The notes: generated from the letters alone by a model not told the origin. A stretch of DNA of 64,000 bases from Octopus sinensis (GCF_006345805.1 NC_043000.1:52514001-52578000); one strand, 5' to 3'. Positions 24,877 to 37,849 are shown, numbered from the stretch's first letter. Translations and numbers: made by a program.

Positions 24877-25628
24877 ACATCTCCAACGAGCGAAAAATAT
24901 GTAAATACAGAAGCGAAAAGCGCAGGACAAAATACCTAAACAAGATAACTCGCTCATCTGTTGGTGACTGTTTATTACTACCCATTTGTGCTTTTAACGA
25001 CAAGATAGGAACACTTCATAACATTCGATAGGAACATTCGGCAGTATCTTCTCCTCTCTCTTTGTCTTCCTTTCACTCCCTATCTTTCGTTCCTTTTCCT
25101 TTCTCCTAACTTTCTTTGTTTCTTTCCCTCGTTATCTCCCTCTCATCTCCCTTTCTTTCCCTCATCTTCTTTGTTGTCCCTCTTTTACTCTCCTGGTTGA
25201 TGAAACGTGATTATAGGCCTTTTTCCCGCCTCTGTATTTTTTAGACGCAACCACTAACTGGACGTCATTTTTCTCTTCCCTCGCCTCTCGAAACTTTTTT
25301 CTGTTCTAATTACTTTTCTTCTACTTCTATTTCCTTTCAAAATTTCTCCAAAGCGTTACCCATTAAAATTCCTCTTGACCTAACAGCCCTTAATGTTTCT
25401 ATTCGTCGATTGTTTGATGTGTACGCCCACACTGTTGTTATTTGCTCGTTCGAAGACCTAACTCTACACAAATTTCATACTTTCAAAATTTATGGAAACT
25501 CCTGTCTTATAAAGTATTCCTATCTTGTCGTTAAAAGCACGACTGATGAGCGAGTTATCTGCCTTTGGTATTTTCTCCTGTACTTTTCTCTCTTGTGTTT
25601 ACGTATTGTTTACTCGTTGGTAACGTCG
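24877..25628. mobile_element. Old PLE-like tail flanked by diverged inverted repeats (~24877-25025 / ~25500-25628)
   Basis: Shared inverted strings TTCCTATCTTGTCGTTAAAAGCAC and GATGAGCGAGTTATCT..CTCGTTGG. The interior is CT-rich and both arms carry a decayed HHR-like motif. Confidence 0.6.
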
Positions 25629-25654
25629 CTCTCTCTTCTTTTTGTCGCTCTCTC

Positions 25655-25741
<87 letters not shown>

Positions 25742-25892
25742 ATATATATATATTACGGAGATGTACTCGCATAGCAAGTAATTTGATCTGAGATCGTGTG
25801 CTGAAACGAAAACAATTGCAGCGTGAAGGTGTTTATAAGCCATTTAAGAAACACACAAAAGCCGTTCGATTCACTTCAACATTTAAGTTTAA

Positions 25893-25942
25893 TTTGTCAA
25901 AATATTTTCGTCGCTAAAATCCGCGACCTGTTCACTGACAGA
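25893..25942 (-). ncRNA. Hammerhead-like motif, G3:C8 core variant (left arm)
   Basis: Reverse complement of the right-arm motif, with one mismatch in outer stem I. Confidence 0.65.
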
Positions 25943-25956
25943 GATGCAGCACGGAC

Positions 25957-26006
25957 TTTGTCAGTGAACAGGTCGCGGATTTTAGCGACGAAAATATTTT
26001 GACAAA
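25957..26006 (+). ncRNA. Hammerhead-like motif, G3:C8 core variant (right arm)
   Basis: UUUGUCA-GUGAACA-G-GUCGC(GGAUUUUA)GCGAC-GAA-AAUAUU-U-UGACAAA. Stem I 7 bp, stem II 5 bp, palindromic stem III, core GUGAACA. Confidence 0.7.
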
Positions 26007-26139
26007 TTAAACTTAAATATTGAAGTGAATCGAACGGCTTTTGTGTGTTTCTTAATGGCTTATAAACACCTTCCACGCTGCAATTGTTATATATATATAT
26101 ATAGCCTGTTACTTATTTCAGTAATTTGTCTGCGAGGAT

Positions 26140-26527
26140 GCTAGAATACTGGCTTAAAGTATTTTTGTCGCAGAAATCGAAACTACAACGTATTTTTTGT
26201 AAGCCTAGTACTTAACATATCGTTTTCTTTTGCCGAGCAAACTTTCGGGGATGTAAAGACACCAAAATAAATTATCAAAGGATATGTTGGGTAACAAACA
26301 CAGACGCACATATGTGTATGTACGTATATATATATATATATTATATATATATATATATATTATATATATATATATATATATACGGCGGGCTTGTTTCAGT
26401 TCCCCTCTACCAAATCCACTTGCAAGATTATTGTAAAAGACACTCGCTCTAGTTGTTACGCAGTAGGAATGAACCCAGAGCCATGTGCTTCAAGGGAAAG
26501 CTTCTTAACACAGACATGCCTGCGCCT
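26140..26527 (-). mobile_element. SINE family A
   Basis: Family A motifs on the minus strand with an internal (TA)n. Confidence 0.8.
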
Positions 26528-27500
26528 GAGTGTGCTCGAGTAGGATGTGCATGTTGTGTCAACATGGACGCTGTCAACGAACAGGTTGGTGTGAATACAT
26601 ATTTGGAATGAACGATGCTATTATCACTTTAACTACAAGCATCAATTAAATGGGTGGCTAAAATATCAATTATTACGAACTTAGACCGAAAGCATTACTA
26701 AATTATAAAATGGTCCTTGAATACTGTATTCCTAGAGAATGTAAATGTATAATGCAACACCGAAAAGAACGAAATCAAATTTATCAGAAACCATTTTCCC
26801 TACAATGGTGAACGCAAAATTGCGGTAAAGAGTGGAACCAACTCATAGCATTTTGTTCTTATGTAATACTGAGAACAAAACTAAATGAATACTGTATCAA
26901 CTTAATGTTGTTATTTAGCTTTGTTTCATTTTGCCTTTCTCTACCTTAAAATCAAATTGTCTGCGTCTGATCAATTGATGAAAACTAGTTCTGTGGAACC
27001 AGCTGTAAAGCCTTAAACCTACGAAGAACAATACAAGAGAAAAATCTAATCAACATTAGTATAGGATTTCTGCACACGCACTCACACACACTCCCATACA
27101 CGCACAAATGTATGTGTGTGTTCCTGTGTGTGTGTGACTGTGTGCATGTATGTGTTTGTGTGTCTGTGTCTGTGTACATAATATCAGACTGGAGGAGCAA
27201 AGTTCATTTTTATATAACCTCAAGTATCGCTTTATAGTCCTAGAGTTTACAACCAGCAAACATTGACTGGTAAATCATTTAGTCATTTACCTCAGCAAGA
27301 AGTGTATTATAACGTGATAGTGAATAGACATTTTGTCATTCTAGTAACCATGTGTAGGTCTTCTATCAGCCGTAAATAAGTCGAAATTATGTATTTCGAA
27401 CGGTTGTCTTCCAAACTGGCTAAGTCTGCTAACATTGAATAACTATTTTTCACAGCCTGAATTTTAAATTTTAGATAAAAGTTAAAGATGATTATATCAT

Positions 27501-27705
27501 ATTGATTTCAGATTTTGGCTCAAGGACAGCAATTTCAAGATAGAGGGTAAGGAGCTAACAGCGACAACAGTATTCAACCAGTACTTATATTATTGACCCA
27601 GAGAGGACGAAAGGTAAAGTCAACCTCGGCGGAAATTGAACTCAGACTGTAAAGACGGGCGAAATACTGCAAAGAACTTTGCCCGGGCAAAGTCAGCTCG
27701 CCTGC
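27501..27705 (-). mobile_element. SINE family B
   Basis: GACGAAAGGTAAAGTCAACCTCGGCGGAAATTGAACTCAGA etc. Confidence 0.8.
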
Positions 27706-28169
27706 TTATGTGAATATATTATATTACTGAGTCACGAAGTTAATTGTATATATGACCTATATTCTATTTATCATTTAGTTACTATCTTATTTTCAGTACG
27801 TAATCTGGCATTTTATGTACACTGCGGCAAGAACGTCACAACACAAATATAAAAGTCTTTCGACTCAATGGGACTGGCCCTCTTTAACATCATGCCAATA
27901 CGTAGACGAGAATTAAATGATCTTTAAACATTCAAAGAGTTACTAAATGAATATGCCACGAACATCAGAATATATCTCTGTAAGCAATAAGTCTTTACAA
28001 AAATTGGCTATTGATGCCTAAAGAATGATTTTAATATGAAACGTCAATACATGTCTTTTCTGGGGGATACTATTAAGCTATTTTTGGCCTGGGTCATTTA
28101 AAAATTATTTAAAATATTTAAGGAAAAGATGAATTTTATATTGTATAGTCTTTTTTCCCCTTTTGGGGA

Positions 28170-30260
28170 GGAGTTATACCCGGTTGCTTAAAAGGCCCAG
28201 TGTCTACCCCTTTCCGTTTTTTCTCCCAATGCAAATTAAATAGGATTACTAGCATTCATCTTTCTAAACACCATTTTTTTTCAAACACACTTCGCGACAG
28301 GTTTCTCTTCTCAAGCCCTATCTTGCTCTTCAGATGATATCTGAAGTATTGTAGCGAATCAGGGCCTGAGATGAAGGATCACGTCACGAGTCTTTCCTTT
28401 CTAGCCTTCTAAACACATTCTTTCGGCACAGCAACTGTACAGAAAAAAACATGCCTCACCATCCTTCGAGAGTCAGGTTGGCAGTACAATCTTTATTATA
28501 AATTCAGCCGATAGATGTACTCTTCGCAGATACGACAACACGTGGTCAACGTAAATCATCAAGCCTGACAGTGTACAAAAATGTGTTGGACGGTTTCATC
28601 GTCCAGCCCACAGCTTGGACATGTCGTTGGCACTGACATTCCGTGCCTGTATTAACATATCGCGAACAGATAAGGCGTTCCAGTAGCACTGCCAGGTCAG
28701 AGATTTTTTGTAATTATCCAAATACACATTGGCAAAAGTTTGTTGAAACATGTTTGTAAGTTGGTTCTCATCGAACCCCAGAGCCACTCCTAGCCGTCGA
28801 GATACAAACTTTGTCCCAAAGTTTGTATCTCGACGTAAATTTAACTTCCGCTGCAATGGTTCAAGAGCCAAGACGTACAGAAGCGGAGGCAGAGGACACC
28901 CTTGACGAACTGAGCGCCAGATTGAGAACGGCTCCGACAGGTAGCCGTTTATCTGGACGGTAGATTTGATGTCATTATACATGGCGGAGGTCCACCTACG
29001 GATGTCCGGACCCAGCCCTGCCGCTTCGAGGACAGGTGCTCGGTACTGGTGGTCTACCATATCAAACGCTTTACTTTGGCCCCATCTTTGTCGGTTAATT
29101 TAACCAAGCTGTCTAAGATGTAGTGTATAAGGTGAAAATTGTTCTGGGTCGACCTGCTTGGGATGGCGCATGTCTGCGCCTTCCCTACAAGTTTCTCCAC
29201 GATACGAGTTAGCGTTTTGGGTAACACCTTGGCCAAAATCTTTAATTGTTCGTTAAGTAGAGTAACGGGACTATAATTACGAATATTATCTCCCTTGCTC
29301 GGATCCATCTGGATCAGCGTCACTATTCCCCGACTCACCCGGGTCCCTGTCTATGACATTTATCTATGTGTACCTTCCACATCACAAATTTGTGGTCCGT
29401 GTAAGATGCAATAAAAATCGTGGACAGCTAAAACTATCCCTATCTCTATCTCTAACGAATACCCTTTCTATGTAAGACCTGCGTGAGCCGTCGTTATTAC
29501 TCCACGTCCAATGTGGTACGATCGGCTCCTAAGTCTGTAACGGTCTACTAGATTATATCTCTCTGGTAGACTTTTGAGGCCAGGATTTCCTTTCTTGTCA
29601 GTCGAGTCAACACCATCCACCCGTGCATCGAGGATAGTGTTAAAGTCTTATAACAGAACTAACGTTTTTGACGTCCCTAGAGGGTGCTCCAGGTCTCAAA
29701 AAAAAACAGACTGCCCATGTTCGTTAGAAGCGTAGACAGCTACCAACCTGAATAACTGTTTACTCTTGTGGGTCACATCCAGGACGACCAGCGTACCTTC
29801 TGGATCCAGAAAGACAGTACATAATTGTACGTCCAATTTCTTCCTGAATATGGCCACCATGACTCCTCCTCCTTGACAGCTAGGAGCCATAAATTCCTTG
29901 TAGCCATTGAAGAGAGCCGAGAACGCTTGTGGTCCACTCATCTTGGACTCATTTACGATGCACACATCTATATCATGTAACCTGAGGTCGTCTAGGAAAC
30001 AAGTTTGTTTCCATTTCGACCCTACACCACGCACATTCATGCATTTTGGGGAGGGGCTGCACAAATCCGTTTACATTCCCATCTTTCTCTTTACTTGGTG
30101 TAGCCTCTGGGCATTTTCTAGCTGTAGCAACCGGGCTTACAATAAGCCTCCACCCCGCTACATCGGAGTTTACATCTCTTATATCTTCAGGATAGCGAGA
30201 TTTCAGCACCGAAAAATGGGTTCCGTCCATTATAGCAAATCTTACATCTTTTGATGTGTT
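28170..30260 (-). mobile_element. L1/Tx1-clade LINE remnant with large internal deletions
   Basis: APE endonuclease N-half at 30064-29696 (MNVRGVG..IDVCIVNESK..DPEGTLVVLDV..FRLVAVYA). RT pieces at 29338-28840 (KGDNIRNYSPVTLLNEQLKILAKVL; SVRQGCPLPPLLYVLALEPL), followed by a C-terminal remnant. Confidence 0.9.
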
Positions 30261-31697
30261 TTTAATTTAAGTTCTCGCCTTGTGATGGTGTTTGATCACG
30301 GTTCGTTATTTTCCTTGAACATCACAATTTTTTCTAGTATTTTGGGGATGGGTTTGGCAAATAGTTTTACCATCGGTTTGGAGTGGGGAGTATGGTCTTG
30401 TGTGTTTATTATTGTTGTGTTTGTTGAATTTTTGTTTGTGGAGGCGAGTCGAGAATATGTGTGTTTTTTTTTTCTTTTGTGAGTGACTGTGGTGAAGTCC
30501 AATTATTTGTTGTCCTTACTCGTGTCTGCTTTAGTTTCTACTTTGTCTTTCTTTTTTGTGTTTACATCTTTGTCGCTTGCTTCCTTTGTCATGTTCGTTT
30601 CTTTATTCTCATTCGTAGCTTTTTGGGAAAGAGCCTCGCTCTCATTTTGGTCCATCTGGAACGGATATGCCTCTTCTCTCCACATTTGAAGCATCTAGGC
30701 CTGCGTCTTTCCAAAGTAATAAATATTTTCAAAGTAATGAAGTAATATTTTCATAAAAGGAATATTAGATACAGTTTGGTCTTAGATACCACTTATATGT
30801 GCGGATATTAGTGAATGTTTTTCCAAAGTAGTGATTTTTAGAAACGTTTTATACACGTTTGGTCAAAATTGAAATACTTTTGTACAACCTTAAAAACAAT
30901 TAACTATAGAAGATAATCAAGTATTAAAATTGAAGGTAAGGGAAATTGATTAGGACTCAATGAACTGTCAGGCAGAAAATCATTAATGACATGACAAAAG
31001 ATGAAATTAATTTGGAAGTTGAGGAGCAAAATAATGAATAAAGTAAATCGACCGATACCTATTTTGTTTAGCATAATTCACGGTGTAATTCTGGATATAC
31101 AACGATGGAAGGTTTCGAGATGAAACCTACGATTTTCTGTTCGGCCAGCAACAAATAGCGAGAGACATTACAGTGGCAAAAAAAAAAAAGAAATGCAACA
31201 AAACTAGCTAGATTCTGATACAGTGCTACGCAGGAAAAAAGAAATGTTCCGTATTATTCAGAATATTTACGGGCTATACATTTGGCAGTAAAAATTGTTT
31301 TAGTAATAGATTGTCTTGAATAATCAATCAGAAACGAGATTAAAAGAGGTTTTTCAGACAAAATACATGCTAAGAAAACTTGATTATTTAACTACAGTAA
31401 CTAATGTTTTTGCCAAATTTCTTTCAATCTTGGTTGATCGTCGGGAAATGGCTTCCAACGTATGTGATTATAGAGGCATACATATTTCTGCATTGTATTT
31501 GGAAAAATGCCTATTCGTATGCCTGGACAATATTATTCACCTTTCGCAAACTTGGCATGCGGCCCATATGAATATCATAACGTCGCGTTAAGCCAGTTTG
31601 ATGGATGCAACATTATGTGATTGAACGGCTGCTTTTACTAAGTCATTATTCACGAAGGATTCTTGTATTTACAAATCTGTAGCGTGAATGTTTGTGT

Positions 31698-31738
<41 letters not shown>

Positions 31739-31791
31739 TTGTGTATGTGTGTGTGTGTGTGGTGTGTGTGTGTGTGTGTGTGAGTGCGTGC

Positions 31792-31835
<44 letters not shown>

Positions 31836-31995
31836 GTGTATGTATATTAGTCAAAAAGCGATAACAAATAAGGCTGTCAGGAGTTTTCAGGACATTTATA
31901 GGGAAAGAGATATGCCTATATCTCTTTCATTATAAATGTCCTCACAGCCTTGGCTTTGTTATTTCTTTTTGTCTAATATATATATATAGGTGCAC

Positions 31996-32049
<54 letters not shown>

Positions 32050-32199
32050 GAACACTCCCCCACAAACGTATGCCCGATTTGTTGTTTAGAAAGAGGAAAA
32101 GAATGAAGCGTATTCAGAAAAAAACTATATATTCGAAAACCTAGTACTTGAATAATTAACTTCTTGCGGCTACATGAATATGAAATATATATTTTTCAG

Positions 32200-33600
32200 C
32201 TTCTTCACCCGCGTAAATATTATAAAATCTGAAATGCTTTAAATAACTCATTAGTTGTTATATAAGAACAATAGGTTTGTAAAAGATATTGGTGTATCCC
32301 AGACAACCTGGTTGTGGTCTAGCACAGAGAAATGTGACTTGGAAAAATACCGTAGTAGGATTGTGACGGGTGGTGGTGCTATGCTAAGAGAAGTAAAGTT
32401 GAGATAGAAGGAAAGAATGAACAGATAGAACGATAAAGAGATACTTAGGGGAGGGGTGTAGTGACTTATCGATCGTAAGATAGTAGAGTACAGCAATAGA
32501 GAGAAGAGGAGAGAAAACCTTAGGCAGCTAACAAAATAGAAAATAGGGAAACTAAAAAAGGAAGAATGGAGGAAGGGAAACAAAACTATTAAAGAATATT
32601 AAGAAATTTTATAAAATATAACAACAAATTATAAACAGTGAACAGTTAGGAAGTCTTAGGGAATACTCATTTGAGAAAGTACAGAAATATTTTAAAAAAA
32701 GTTTGTTAAAAAGGGAGAAGAGAAGATGTTAAAATTTTAACGAGTTTTAATACATGTATGCGATCGTTTCAAACAGCAATATTAACATGGAAATTCATGG
32801 TAGAATAATTAAATTCATTAGAATTAAATCAATTACATATCAATCTTCTCATCAGTGCAAGAAGTATAAACAAAAAAAAAATATTATTGCAGAAGGCTTG
32901 ATGAAGGAAATAAAAGAGAACAAATTCGGATATACATATTCATCCTTATGTAAACTGAGAGCTTACTAAACAATGTGAGTCTAGTTGTGTATAAACTAAA
33001 AGTGAGACACCTAACGGTTATTTGAAAATGTGAGTGAAGAAAGGTTTTAAGAGACGTTCTCTCTATAGAAGTGTAAGTAGATAAGTAATTCAAATTTCAA
33101 ATAAGTAATTAATTAGAGGATGTTTAATAGAGGTGTCCAATAGAAAGGCATAGTTATGCTTGAATTAAGATATGACTTGACAGTTATAAGTCATATTAGG
33201 TATGGTGTGTATTTAAAATATTTCTTTTGTGTGAGAATCAAATTAAACTAGTGAATGTAGACATATAGGAGGCTGCTAGAATGCAACGAGAACGAGTTAG
33301 TTCTAGAAATACTTAAAGAACTACATATATTCGGGTTGTGTTAGTGTAAGAACTTATATTCATTTCTGTGCATTAAATATAGGGTTTAAAAAATTGGAAA
33401 ATTAGATGTTAATATTACCCAATTAAGATAGTAAATACCTGCTGTGGCTATAAGCATTTGTAAAACTTTCAGTGGTATAATAGATGTTGTAAAACTAAAA
33501 TTAACAATGCAGGTGAGATAATATAGCTAGGAAAATGATAGTAGGTATTTTAATTTATAATTATCGATATTTAGTAGGTTGAATATGTTTATGTATAAAT
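32200..33600 (-). mobile_element. Probable highly decayed PLE tail
   Basis: GA-rich block like the other PLE tails, plus a decayed HHR-like motif at 32755-32859. No recognisable ORF. Confidence 0.35.
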
Positions 33601-33849
33601 AAAACTGTAGCAGTAGTGTCGATGTAATCGACTTAATCCTTTTCTCTGTCCCCGTTTGTCCCCTCTATATTAGCTCCCTGTTGGCAATAAAGAAATAAAT
33701 AAAAAAAGATACAACAGACATAGCAACAGATACAACAGATACACGACGGAAGGAAAGTGAGAGATATATATAGAGAGAGAGGGAGAGAAGGAGAGAGAGG
33801 GAAGAGGGGGAGAGAGAGACGAACAGATTATTAGATGGACATATATTAA

Positions 33850-34467
33850 CCTTCTGTACTATGGAGAAACGGTTGAAAACCAACTAAGGAACGTGAGCAA
33901 AAATTATGCCCTCCCAGTGAGAATCACGAGGCGGGGCCACACTCTCAGACACCATCTCTTCCGCAAGATCGACATACAGAACATATGCCGTCTGAACCAA
34001 CTAGTCAGCCAACGGAAAGTATGGGGCTATGTTTCCGAACAAATGTCATTTATGAAATGACCTGTACTTGCGGGGATAAATATATTGGATTGACCAAGCG
34101 ACAGCTCAATGCCAGAGTGAAAGAACTACTTCACAAAGCCACAAAACCCTGCGCCGTATTCCAAAACCACCGATACTGCGATGGAGAATTCTCCACCCAG
34201 ATACTGGCCAGGGCAACATATGCGGTCAACCTCCGAATAAAATAGGCACATTTCATCAGGAAGAAGGCGCCCAGTTTCAACAGCCGGAACGAACCTGAGT
34301 GTTCAAACTTTATTTACTGCCCCGGAACCTCTAACCAACGCCAGCAGTAACAACCGTGTAAAATGTAATCTGATGAAGGATTATAGATCCGAAGGCGCTC
34401 ACTTGGCTCGCTAGCCATAGAACAAGCAACAAGGCTACACGCAGACTACACGCCAACAGTAGGGCTC

Positions 34468-34470
<3 letters not shown>
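33850..34470 (+). mobile_element. Penelope-like element 3' fragment with GIY-YIG endonuclease
   Basis: CFRTNVIYEMTCTCGDKYIGLTKRQLNARVKE..QILAR..LRIK*AHFIRKKAPSFN (VIY...YIG). An HHR-like motif lies at 34366-34404. Confidence 0.85.
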
Positions 34471-34509
<39 letters not shown>

Positions 34510-34635
34510 ATCTATCTATCTATCTATCTATCTAGTTAGTAATGTGTGTAAGTATGTATGTAAGTACGTACGTATGTATGTATGTATGTATGTATGTATG
34601 TATGTATGTATGTATGTATGTATGTATGTGACCGC

Positions 34636-34822
34636 GTGTGTATCGTTGGCGATATTCCTTCTCCGTCTTCCCTTCCTTGGACCTTCCCTTTTTCTGAACA
34701 AGAGCTCCGCTCGAAACGTTAAATCATCCTTCTTTCTTTCCTTTCCTGAGTGTCCGATAATACTATACTTGTTCCACGTCCTCGCGTTGCTGTATTTTCT
34801 CTTTGTTCATTTTGCATTAACT
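34636..34822 (+). mobile_element. PLE terminal-repeat fragment with decayed HHR
   Basis: UUU-CUGAACA-A-GAG(CUCCG)CUC-GAA-ACGU-U-AAA at 34691-34723, embedded between (TATG)n tracts. Confidence 0.65.
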
Positions 34823-34885
34823 ATGTATGTACGTATGTATGTATGTATGTATGTATGTATGTATGTATGTATGTATGTATGTATG

Positions 34886-34928
<43 letters not shown>

Positions 34929-36109
34929 TTATCTATTTATTTATCTATCGCTTGAAATTCTATAGGTTTAAACTTCTAAACTTTTGGAACTTTGGAACTT
35001 TGGAAATTCGCTAAAAACGAGAAATTCTAGATTTTCTCAAACGATTTCTAATGACCGCCTCAGAGATCACTGCTTATATAATTTTTTTTCTAAATATACT
35101 TTTGAATTTTTTAAATATTAAAAAAAGCATTTTTCTCATTTTTACTTTTTTCATTCTTCGTTTTTCAATTTCCCAATTTTCTATTATCTCAGTTCTTCAC
35201 AATTTTCTCTCCACTTCTCTCGATTGCTCTATTCTACCATCTTACACCCTTAGCCCTTGGTCTCCCCATCGATAAACTGCTACACCCCTTCCACAAATAT
35301 CACCTCCTTCTTCTACCTGTTCATTATTTCCTCCTAGCTCAACTTCACTTCACTTACCATAGCACTCACCTCTCACCATCCTACTATGGCGTCACCATGT
35401 CACGTTTCTCTATAATAGGTTTGTATACTACTCTCGATAGAATTTTTATAACGAAATCATCTCTCGGTACGTATCTTCAATTCTTTAATATTCTATTGCA
35501 AAAATTCTCTCCACGTCCTCATTTTACGCGTATCATTCTACTTCTTTTAACTAACTTATACCGATTTAATAATGAAAATGTGTAAGGATCTCATCAAAGA
35601 TCAAAGGAAGTGCATAACTCTTTGACACATTTTAATACAATTTGGCACTAGAAAAACAAATCGAGAGAGTCTTCTAAAAATGCTTGCTGATGCTATCAAA
35701 CAGCACTGGGATGAACTGTTAAAAAGAACAACAAACGTCAAGAGTAAATAATGTGAGGCTTTTATATCTAATTCAACTTCAATTTGAAGGTTAAAATTTA
35801 ATATAAAATCATTTAAGAAGAAACACTGCGTCATTAAAGTAACCTAATACGTCGCATTTACACAGAAACAATCAACTACTTATTACATTTCAATATGAAT
35901 TCAATTCGATCTAGTTTGTATACCAAGTACACTCATAGATAGCAGAGACAAATAAAGATTGCTGCGGCGTGTTCCTAAGGGGCCTAACTACTATCTCGTA
36001 CCCTTGAAAACAGCTTATAGAGGTGAGCCAAAAAGCATATGAGGCGATAGTTTTAATTTTTAATCTTCTTTTTCACCTTTGACCATTTCCACTGTAAAAT
36101 TATTTTAAC

Positions 36110-36965
36110 CTTCTTCAAATAGCGATTGAAGCACAGAACGAAGATTTTCCACAGCTCTTAACTTCCTCATCGTAATATCTCTGTTGTAATGTCATCTTTA
36201 TCAGGAGATTTGTTTTCCTCAGTTTAAATGCATTTTCAATTTCACAGATCAAAATAGGTGGTACTTCCTCCAACATTAATGGCGGTGTGGAATCGAATTT
36301 TACTGATGATTGAAAAAGGCTTCTGTACAAGCTTTTGCAAATCTCCTTCATCTCAACGTTGCCTGTCACCGTGAGCTCATCCTTGTTTTTAAGCGCCGTC
36401 ACTCCCGACCTCTAGAGTGTCAGTCATATTCTGCACTTTGCAGAGAACGGAATACCCGAGGTAAACTTTTATGTTCCTCCTCATTGTTTTCCGTTTCTCT
36501 AGCACTTACTACGTGTCCTCCGAGATTCTTGCGCCGGGCTTCCGCTGACTTGCAGTTTTTGCTTTCTATATGCAGCTTTTTAATCTTCTGGATTAACAAA
36601 TTGTGATCCTCATTGAGCTCTTTAAATTGACTACAGATTTATTTCTTGATAGTTTCCTTTAATTGTCTCACATCAAAGGATTTGAAAGGTCAAATTATCT
36701 TTGTAATATGCAGAGCCTCCTTTTCTCTGATTTCATTGATCACGATTCTTGTCTGCAGCAAACTATGATAGCTGCTTGTTTTGAGTGGCGCTATTCAGAT
36801 CCATCTTCTACCAAGTTGTTTCCTGTATAGGCTGTTCACAATGTAAAGTCTTTCATCTACCGTGGTAACCAAACGTTCTTTACTTTTGTTTCTTTTTTTC
36901 TGATTCAAACATACCAACATATTAACTTCCCTGTCGTTCTTCTCCAACTTTTGAAATCTGCCGTC
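36110..36965 (-). mobile_element. RTE-like LINE remnant (EN-RT linker)
   Basis: MTALKNKDELTVT..EMKEICKSLYRSLF..EEVPPILICEIENAF matches the VPPIL.EV..A motif preceding the RT. Many stops. Confidence 0.7.
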
Positions 36966-36992
36966 ACTATGGTGTAAGTAGATACATCTGTA

Positions 36993-37060
<68 letters not shown>

Positions 37061-37849
37061 TATGCATGTGTGCGCCTATATGTATATGTATATTTCATTC
37101 CGTCTCTAGCCCACTTTCTCTTACAATACACACACACACACATACACAAACACATATATATATATGGAGAGAGAGAGAGAAATTTGAAATAAATCAAAGA
37201 CAGAAAGAGCATGTAACAAGGCATGTTGTGTTCTAGAGTAGCATTACTAAGAATCTGTAGATAAAAGAATCTATGGAAGAATGCAGATTCACATACAGTG
37301 CTGCTACTGAGTGAGCATTTAACGAGAATCCTACCTTTGGTTAATGTGGTCGTTATAAAGTAATTGATATCAACCATTATGAATCCAACTTTTATGGAAT
37401 TGGGTAATTTACACTCAGTAGAAATAACCAATTGTGAAAACAAATATAAGCCGGAGGTCGCTAGTTTCGGGATGTACTGTAGATTGTCGACTTCAAGAGG
37501 TGTTGCTCAAGAGGTCAGTGGTTGCACTTGGCCATGGTGAACATGAATAACTTGCACATTTTAATTCGTTTCTCCTTCCTAATGTCAACACTTAGTATTT
37601 TGAATGTCTCAGTTCACTGCTTGCTGTTCACAGTACAGTCACGTTCCAGAAATTTCAATGAACGAAAGACCTTGAAGTATACTTCATGGGGAAATTTGTT
37701 GTTTCCCAAGTTATAAAGTTGAAATTGAATGTGGAGCAGCATTATCTTGAAACTAGATTAAATACCAGTATCATCATTTCGCCTATTAAAGCCTGATTCC
37801 TCGAATGAGGACGCTTTTTGTGCTTTATTATATACTCGTGCAAAGGCAG

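Larger units (their letters stand above)
25752..26088. mobile_element. Inverted pair of PLE-like terminal repeats forming a 278-bp palindrome (arms 25811-25942 / 25957-26088)
   Basis: The arms differ at about 4 positions around a 14-nt spacer. The left copy extends to 25752. (TA)n flanks both sides. Confidence 0.85.

Noticed and set aside
37731-37752. QDNAAPH on the minus strand as a Tc1 transposase
   Set aside because: It is a single short motif, and the spacing to a putative WP..DL motif is far too long.
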